Assembly: GCA_016000265.1 (NCBI GenBank)
Contig: JAECRL010000013.1
Span: 7,387 to 71,386, forward strand
From: Burkholderiales bacterium
Lineage (GTDB): Bacteria; Pseudomonadota; Gammaproteobacteria; Burkholderiales; Burkholderiaceae_C
Direction of reading: 5' to 3'
DNA: 64,000 nucleotides
The notes under the pieces are model-generated. The model worked only from the letters and a program-made list of their open reading frames with translations. It ran no database searches and was not told the origin of the DNA. Below, piece by piece: positions 9,863 to 15,455 of this stretch (positions are counted from its first letter, which is position 1; each line of letters begins with the position of its first letter). Position numbers and translations under genes: made by a program.

Positions 9863-10122
9863 AAATCGCCGTCTTCGACACCCACGTGCGCCGCCCCGAC
9901 GGCTCGCGCATGCACTTCGACATCCTGGTCGACGACCAGCACAAGGACATCGACACCGTGCTGGCCCACGGGCGCCGCTACCTGGCCGCCAAGGGCCTGG
10001 CGCCCGAGACCCTGAGCGCACGCGAGTGCAGCTTCTGTCACACCGAGCCGGGGCACCCGAACATCGAAGCAGAAATCCTCAAAGAAGGGTTTGCCATCAT
10101 CGAGATGGAAAACTGCCACTGA
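9859..10122 (+). CDS. DUF2024 family protein
   Basis: MKIAVFDTHV...MHFDILV...ECSFCH...GFAIIEMENC pattern; ATGA overlap with upstream gene. Confidence 0.8.
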   Translation: MKIAVFDTHVRRPDGSRMHFDILVDDQHKDIDTVLAHGRRYLAAKGLAPETLSARECSFCHTEPGHPNIEAEILKEGFAIIEMENCH

Positions 10123-10144
10123 AGCACAACGATTCAACCAGGGA

Positions 10145-10172
10145 GGCCGCCACATGCGGCCATTTTTGTTTT
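10145..10172 (+). terminator. Rho-independent terminator
   Basis: GGCCGC-CACAT-GCGGCC hairpin followed by ATTTTTGTTTT. Confidence 0.7.
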
Positions 10173-10272
10173 CAGATTCGTTTTCACAGCGCCTTCACAC
10201 CCGATGCGCCATTCAGACCGCGTGGGTTTCAAACGGTTTCAAACACCCCCTTCCGCCCCCCTAACATGCCAA

Positions 10273-10301
10273 TTGACAGCACCCGACTCGGCCCATAAAG
10301 T
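10273..10301 (+). promoter_or_regulatory. Sigma70 promoter of the propeller/diiron operon
   Basis: TTGACA (10273-10278), 17 nt, TAAAGT (10296-10301). Confidence 0.7.
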
Positions 10302-10314
10302 TTCGAGTCGAAAC
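10300..10314. promoter_or_regulatory. Palindromic operator overlapping the -10/+1 region
   Basis: Perfect inverted repeat GTTTCGA-G-TCGAAAC; related GTTTCAAAC direct repeats at 10226 and 10236. Confidence 0.55.
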
Positions 10315-10357
10315 ATCAAGAGATGCATTCAAACATTCAACCAGGAAGGAAATTGAA

Positions 10358-11629
10358 ATGAAATCGAGAAACGCCCGAATCCTCGGCGCCATGGCCCTCG
10401 CGTTCGGCAGCCTCTCCGCTCAGGCGCACGTGGTCAGCGCGGTCAACATGATGCATTGCGACCTCATCTTGATCAACGCCGACACCGACGAAATGGTCAT
10501 GACCCCGCTGATGGACCTGCTCGGCTGGCCCGACGCCGTCTGCCAGCACAGCTGGATCCTGCCCAATGAATCCAAGGTGTTCATCTCCACCGACGCCAAC
10601 CAGGGCGTGGGCACCAAGGTGGCCGCCCTGACGATCAAAAGCATCGACTGGGCCAACAAGAAGGTCGACCTCTCGCTGGACGCCTTGATCCCCATGGGCC
10701 AGGCCGCCACCCTGTCGTCCATCCCCGTGCCGACGCAGACCAGCCCCCTGCAGCCCATCCCGCCCGTGCCCTCGGCCTGGTTCCCGAAATACTCGCAGAT
10801 TCACGGCCCCACCCTGCTGCCCGGAACCGATTTCTCCTACCTCACCGGCTACACCGACTCCAATATCTACGTCATCAACAACAAAACCAACAAACTGGTT
10901 ACCAAGCAGAGTTTCGGAAACGCCAGCCGGCAAATGCATGGCATTTATTTCAATTCCATCGGTTCTTTGGGCCTGAGCGCGCCCTACCAGTTTGACCTCA
11001 ACCAGGTCAACGTCTACCGGCCCAACCCGCGCACGGGCGTGCTGACCCAGTTGGGCGCCATCCGCCTGGGCTCGCGCGCCGAGTACGCCGCCTTCTCGCA
11101 CTTCGTGACCTGGGTGGGCAACCGCTACGCCTACATCGGCACCATGCAGTCCGACAAGACCAGCCTGACGCCGTCTGGCGCCAAGGTGATCGGCCCCAGC
11201 GTGTGGCGCCTGGACACCGCGACCCTGACGGCCACCCGCGTGCTCGGCCCCACGCCGCACGTCAACGGCACGGGCGTCTACCGCCCGGCGTCGGACGTGG
11301 CGGTGGTGGGCAACACCCTGATCGTGGCCGAAGAAGACACCCTGGACGGCGCCGTCGGCCCCGGCTACATCGCCTTCTTCGACATCGCCGACCTGAACCG
11401 CCCCCGCCTCATCAAGCGACTGGTGCCCGGCGTGGACCTGCCGGCGGACTTCAAGGTCGCCCACGTCATCAGCGTGCCCGACGACCAGGTCTTCGCCTAC
11501 GTGTCGAGCTACCACAGCAACCACCTGATCAAGCTGGAGATCGCCACGCAAAAGGTGCTGAAGGTCTACTCCGCCGCGGACGGCCTGGACATGCCGCACG
11601 GTGAGTTCATCTCGGGCAACCTGCGCTGA
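10358..11629 (+). CDS. Secreted beta-propeller protein with recurring His motifs, function unknown
   Basis: Sec signal ending AQA, mature N-terminus His24; blade-like repeats QH64SWILP, IH149GPTLLP, MH194GIYFN, SH248FVTW, SD313VAVV, AH369VISV, PH414GEFI; AGGA RBS. Confidence 0.75.
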   Translation: MKSRNARILGAMALAFGSLSAQAHVVSAVNMMHCDLILINADTDEMVMTPLMDLLGWPDAVCQHSWILPNESKVFISTDANQGVGTKVAALTIKSIDWANKKVDLSLDALIPMGQAATLSSIPVPTQTSPLQPIPPVPSAWFPKYSQIHGPTLLPGTDFSYLTGYTDSNIYVINNKTNKLVTKQSFGNASRQMHGIYFNSIGSLGLSAPYQFDLNQVNVYRPNPRTGVLTQLGAIRLGSRAEYAAFSHFVTWVGNRYAYIGTMQSDKTSLTPSGAKVIGPSVWRLDTATLTATRVLGPTPHVNGTGVYRPASDVAVVGNTLIVAEEDTLDGAVGPGYIAFFDIADLNRPRLIKRLVPGVDLPADFKVAHVISVPDDQVFAYVSSYHSNHLIKLEIATQKVLKVYSAADGLDMPHGEFISGNLR

Positions 11630-11636
11630 CCCGAAC

Positions 11637-11667
11637 GGAGGGGCGCGGGCTGGGTCAGCGCCCCTCC
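11637..11667. other. Intergenic RNA hairpin without U-tract (possible stability/processing element)
   Basis: GGAGGGGCGC (11637-11646) and GCGCCCCTCC (11658-11667) form a perfect 10-bp stem. Confidence 0.5.
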
Positions 11668-11707
11668 AACTGCGCCCAAAACACATTCAATCAGCTGAGG
11701 AATCCAC

Positions 11708-12694
11708 ATGCAAACGCAAGCCACCTCCCCGAGCGCCGCGCTCGCAGCCGCAGCCGCTGTGACCCCCGACGCCTCCCGCTCCATGGCCCTGCTGGGCCGC
11801 ATCGCCAAAGGCTGGGGCCAGCGCGCCCAGGTCAAGCAGCGCGAACTCGACCTGGCCTACGACGCCAGCCGCCCCGACTTCCTCGAGAGCCTGCTGCCCT
11901 TCCACCTGCACCCGCTCTACGAGTCGCTCGACGAGCGCACCAAGGGCCGCATCCTGTCTTGCGGCTGGCTCATCTACAACGAGAAGACGGTGGCCATCGA
12001 GCTCGACATCGTCAGCCCCGCCTGCCACGACATCCTCTACGAGAACGTGCCCGGCCTGGACACCGAGTGGGCCAAGGAGATCGTCTGCGAGACCCTGGTC
12101 GACGAGGCCTATCACCTGCTGCTGGTCAAGAACGCCAACCGCCTGACGCGCGAGGTGCGCGACCTCTCCCACATCCGCATCCCGCAGTTCGCGCTGGTGC
12201 GCCAGATGCAGGAAGAGCAAGCCCGCCACACGCCCGCCTGGGCGCCGATGCTGGTGCGCCTGAGCACCGCCGTGGTCTCCGAGATCTTCATCAGCGACTA
12301 CCTGCACCAGCTGTCGGAAGAGGAGTCGATCCAGCCGCTCAACCGCGCCACCGTGGCCGCGCACCGCCACGACGAGCTGGCGCACTCCAAGATCTTCGCC
12401 GAGCTCACACGCGCCTTCTTCCAGGCGCTGAGCAGCTCACAGAAGTCCTTCTTCGCCGAGACCCTGCCCAAGTCCATCCACTGGTTCGCCGACAAGGAGC
12501 TCGACCTGTGGCTGGACGTGCTCAAGCAACTGGGCGTGGGCCAGGCCGGCACGATCATCGAAGACAGCCGCCAGATCAACCAGGTCGCGCTGGAGCGGGT
12601 GGACTACTCCGGCGTCATCCAGTTGGCCGAAGACGTCGGCATCCTGGACACGCGCGAAGGCCGCAGTGCGTTCAGCCACGCCGGCCTGATCTGA
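11708..12694 (+). CDS. AurF/CmlI/DnfA-family non-heme diiron N-oxygenase
   Basis: E98, D132-E133-x2-H136, E192, H219-x2-D-E223-x2-H226: same spacing as the AurF ligand set E101/E136/H139/E196/H223/E227/H230, including the extra His. Confidence 0.9.
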   Translation: MQTQATSPSAALAAAAAVTPDASRSMALLGRIAKGWGQRAQVKQRELDLAYDASRPDFLESLLPFHLHPLYESLDERTKGRILSCGWLIYNEKTVAIELDIVSPACHDILYENVPGLDTEWAKEIVCETLVDEAYHLLLVKNANRLTREVRDLSHIRIPQFALVRQMQEEQARHTPAWAPMLVRLSTAVVSEIFISDYLHQLSEEESIQPLNRATVAAHRHDELAHSKIFAELTRAFFQALSSSQKSFFAETLPKSIHWFADKELDLWLDVLKQLGVGQAGTIIEDSRQINQVALERVDYSGVIQLAEDVGILDTREGRSAFSHAGLI

Positions 12695-12703
12695 GGAGCG
12701 CAC

Positions 12704-12868
12704 GTGAGCTGGGAATGCCTGATCTGCAACTGGCGCTACGACCCCGTCACCGGCGCGCCGGCGGCGGGCATCGCAGGGGGCACCCCCTTCGACGAGCTGC
12801 CGCACGACTGGACCTGCCCCGACTGCGGGGCCGCCAAAGAAGATTTTTTTGAAGTGGAGGCCCCATGA
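12704..12868 (+). CDS. Rubredoxin (54 aa, missing from ORF track)
   Basis: GTG start after GAGGAG RBS; MSWECLICNWRYDPVTGAPAAGIAGGTPFDELPHDWTCPDCGAAKEDFFEVEAP*; CxxC...WxCPxCG; TGA overlaps the next ATG. Confidence 0.95.
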   Translation: MSWECLICNWRYDPVTGAPAAGIAGGTPFDELPHDWTCPDCGAAKEDFFEVEAP

Positions 12869-13575
12869 GCCCGAAAAAAACACAGGTGGTGGCCATCCAG
12901 CACCTGGCATTCGAAGACCTCGGCTCGTTCGAGGCCGTGCTGCGCGAGCAGGACATGGACATCACCCACCTGCAAGCGGGGGTCGACGACGTGAGCCAGG
13001 CGCTGGCGCAGGCCGACATCGCCGTGGTGCTGGGCGGCCCGATCGGGGTCTACGAAACCGAGGCCTACCCCTTCTTGCTCGACGAGATCGAAGCCCTGCG
13101 CCAGCGCATGCTCGCGCGCAAGCCCACGCTGGGCATCTGCCTGGGCTCGCAGCTGATGGCGCAGGCCTTTGGCGGGCGCGTGTACCCGGGCGGCCAGAAA
13201 GAGATCGGCTGGGGGGAGCTGACGCTGTCGGACAGCGGGCGGCGCTCGCCCCTGCAGCACCTGCAAGGCGCCGCGGTGCTGCACTGGCACGGCGACACCT
13301 TCGAGTTGCCGCCGGACGCCGAGCTGCTGGCCTCGTCGCCGCTGTACGCCAACCAGGCCTTTCGCATCGGCAGCAACCTGCTGGCCCTGCAATGCCACCC
13401 CGAGGCGCAGGCGCGCACCTTCGAGCGCTGGCTGATCGGCCACGCCGGCGAGCTGGCCTCGGCGCGCCTGGACGTGCCCACCTTGCGGGCGCAGGCTCAG
13501 CGCCTGGGCCCCACGCTGGAGCGCGCCAGCCAGGCCATGCTGCGCGAGTGGCTCGCCGACCTGGTCTGGGCCTGA
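12865..13575 (+). CDS. Stand-alone class I glutamine amidotransferase (DnfC-like)
   Basis: QHLAFEDLG, VLGGPIGVY, LGICLGSQ (Cys nucleophile), LHWHGDTF, LQCHPE (His-x-Glu). Confidence 0.9.
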   Translation: MSPKKTQVVAIQHLAFEDLGSFEAVLREQDMDITHLQAGVDDVSQALAQADIAVVLGGPIGVYETEAYPFLLDEIEALRQRMLARKPTLGICLGSQLMAQAFGGRVYPGGQKEIGWGELTLSDSGRRSPLQHLQGAAVLHWHGDTFELPPDAELLASSPLYANQAFRIGSNLLALQCHPEAQARTFERWLIGHAGELASARLDVPTLRAQAQRLGPTLERASQAMLREWLADLVWA

Positions 13576-14280
13576 ATGCCAGCCACCTCGCCCGTCGTCC
13601 ACCTCGGTGTGGTCGAGCGCGTGCTGTGCGGCACGCCCCGGCCCCTGCCCGGGCGCGGCCGCAGCTCGCTGGGGCGCACCGAGGTGGACGCCCTCGACGT
13701 CGGGCTGCTGGGCGTGGCGGGCGACGACTTCGGTGACCGCACCCACCACGGCGGCAGCGAGAAGGCCCTGCACCAGTACCCCGCCGAGCACCTGCCCCGG
13801 TGGCAGCAGGCGTTGCCCGATGACGCCGCGCGCTTCCAGGTCGGCGCCTTTGGCGAGAACCTCTCCAGCCGCGGCCTCGACGAGCACGGCCTGTGCATCG
13901 GCGACACGCTGCGCATCGGCTCGGCCACCCTGCAGGTCTCCCAAGGCAGGCAACCCTGCTGGAAACTGGGGGCGTACTTCGGCCGCGACGACCTGGCCAG
14001 CCTGGCCCAGGCCAGCGGGCGCCTGGGCTGGTACCTGCGCACGCTGGAGCCCGGTCGCATCCGCGCCGCCGACGCCATCGAGTTGCTGGCGCGCCCCAAC
14101 CCGGACTGGAGCGTGGACCGCGTGCACCGCGCCGTCTTCGAGCGGCGGCACACCCCGGCCGAGCTGCAGGCGCTGGCCGAGCTGCCCGGCTTGAGCCCGC
14201 GCTGGCGCGCGCTGTTTGCGCGCCGACTGGCCTCACCCCACGAGGAGGAGCCCACCGCCCGGCTGACCGGCCCGCCATAA
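13576..14280 (+). CDS. MOSC domain protein, YiiM-like
   Basis: HHGGSEKALHQY, FGENL, SQGRQPCWKL, GWYLRTLEPG and C-terminal 3-alpha region. Confidence 0.88.
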   Translation: MPATSPVVHLGVVERVLCGTPRPLPGRGRSSLGRTEVDALDVGLLGVAGDDFGDRTHHGGSEKALHQYPAEHLPRWQQALPDDAARFQVGAFGENLSSRGLDEHGLCIGDTLRIGSATLQVSQGRQPCWKLGAYFGRDDLASLAQASGRLGWYLRTLEPGRIRAADAIELLARPNPDWSVDRVHRAVFERRHTPAELQALAELPGLSPRWRALFARRLASPHEEEPTARLTGPP

Positions 14281-14290
14281 TCACCGCACG

Positions 14291-14914
14291 ATGAGCAAGA
14301 AGACACCTGAATGGGAGAGCCTGACGCACCGCCACGCCCCCGTCGGGTCCGAGCAGGCGTTCGAAGCCACGGCGCTCAGCCTCGGTGAGCTGTTCCTGTA
14401 CGAAACGCACCGCTTCGCCACCCGGCATCGCCTCGACGTGGTGCACCTGAGGGCGTTGAGCTTCCTGCAGCAGGCCAACAAGTACAGCGACACCTCGGTG
14501 GCGCTGGTTGACCACCTGGGGCTGACCAAGGGCACCGTCTCCAAGTCGATCGCGCTGCTGGCCCAGCGCGGCCTGCTGCGCAAGGTGCCCGACCTGGTGG
14601 ACCGACGCCGCCTCCACCTGCAGCTCACCGACGCGGGCCAGGAGACCGCCCGGGCGTTCGCCGAGCACCTGCAGTGGTCGCGCCTGACGGCCTTGCTGAC
14701 GCCCGAGCAGCGTGCGGCGGTGGACGGGGCGCTCAAGACCATCCTGCGCACCAGCCAGCAACTCAACGAGCGGCGCACCTTCGGCCTGTGCCGGACCTGT
14801 CGCCGCTTCCGCCCCGAAGGCGACGGCGGCTTCTGCCTGCTCACCCAGGAGGCGCTGACGCCTCACCAGACCCACCAGCGCTGCCGGGAGCACGAGCCGC
14901 CCCCCGCGCGCTGA
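14291..14914 (+). CDS. MarR family regulator with C-terminal Cys/His cluster
   Basis: LGLTKGTVSKSIALLAQRGLL...DRRRLHLQLT winged HTH; C-terminal FGLCRTCRRF...FCLL...RCREH. Confidence 0.85.
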   Translation: MSKKTPEWESLTHRHAPVGSEQAFEATALSLGELFLYETHRFATRHRLDVVHLRALSFLQQANKYSDTSVALVDHLGLTKGTVSKSIALLAQRGLLRKVPDLVDRRRLHLQLTDAGQETARAFAEHLQWSRLTALLTPEQRAAVDGALKTILRTSQQLNERRTFGLCRTCRRFRPEGDGGFCLLTQEALTPHQTHQRCREHEPPPAR

Positions 14915-14938
14915 CACGACTCGAAAGAGACCCCGCCC

Positions 14939-15172
14939 ATGCACGCGCAATACCGCATCGACATCCTCAAGGACGGCGCCCTCTGGGGTGCGCTGCACAT
15001 CGACCACCCCCAGTCCGAGGCCGCGCTCCACGAGATGCTGGCCGTGCTGCGGGGCCAGGGCTACACCTGCCGCGTGATGCAAGCCAGCGGCGAGCGCCGG
15101 CTGCTGGAGAGCACGCCCGCGGGCGTCTCCTTGCTGTTTCGCGAACCGATCTTCCAGGCCCGAGCCGACTGA
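14939..15172 (+). CDS. Small hypothetical protein (77 aa)
   Basis: Protein-like ORF with host codon usage, GERRLLESTPAG...REPIF; follows marR in the same orientation. Confidence 0.6.
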   Translation: MHAQYRIDILKDGALWGALHIDHPQSEAALHEMLAVLRGQGYTCRVMQASGERRLLESTPAGVSLLFREPIFQARAD

Positions 15173-15182
15173 GCGGCAGCGC

Positions 15183-15199
15183 CGCACCACTGCGGTGCA
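15183..15199. promoter_or_regulatory. NtrC-type binding site
   Basis: cGCACC-ACTGC-GGTGCa fits TGCACC-N5-GGTGCA. Confidence 0.6.
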
Positions 15200-15216
15200 A
15201 AACCCCATCCTGGGGC

Positions 15217-15232
15217 AGGCACACCGTTTGCA
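15217..15232 (+). promoter_or_regulatory. Sigma54 (-24/-12) promoter of nirBD
   Basis: aGGCACACCGTTTGCa: GG-N10-GC with the TGGCAC/TTGC consensus. Confidence 0.7.
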
Positions 15233-15252
15233 TGGTGAGTGACGCGTGTCAA

Positions 15253-15348
15253 CGGGGTGAAGTCGCCCCGCCCCTCGCGCACACGCTCCGCTGACGATGG
15301 CGGACGCAGCCGGATGCCCGCGCCACCGCGGGCCGTCCCGGTCTTGTT
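15253..15348 (+). promoter_or_regulatory. Putative ANTAR (NasR) dual-hairpin leader with competing terminator
   Basis: Hairpin 15253-15270 (loop GAAGTC) and 15287-15304 (loop GACGAT), both hexaloops with G4; downstream GCCCGCG/CGCGGGC stem plus TCTTGTT; NIT-ANTAR regulator encoded in the operon. Confidence 0.5.
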
Positions 15349-15455
15349 CACCCCCACCTCACACAGAGCCCCACCCCCGCGGCCAGCGCCCTCGCCTGCC
15401 AGCGGCGGCCTCTCTGTGCCCCCTCATCGCCCCATCAGCGCCCCAGGAGCACCCC

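Noticed and set aside
10319-10341. Second NsrR box (GAGATGCATTCAAACATTCAACC) in the propeller leader
   Set aside because: Only the left half matches; the right half departs from AAATRCATCTT, so it is not called
10358-11629. Calling the propeller protein NosZ, NirS or methanethiol oxidase
   Set aside because: No Tat signal, no CuA cupredoxin domain, no CxxCH, and too short; only an architectural analogy is supported
11708-12694. p-Aminobenzoate N-oxygenase of a nitroaryl polyketide/NRPS cluster
   Set aside because: No PKS, NRPS, carrier protein or PABA synthase in the 64-kb window; cannot be excluded if partners lie elsewhere
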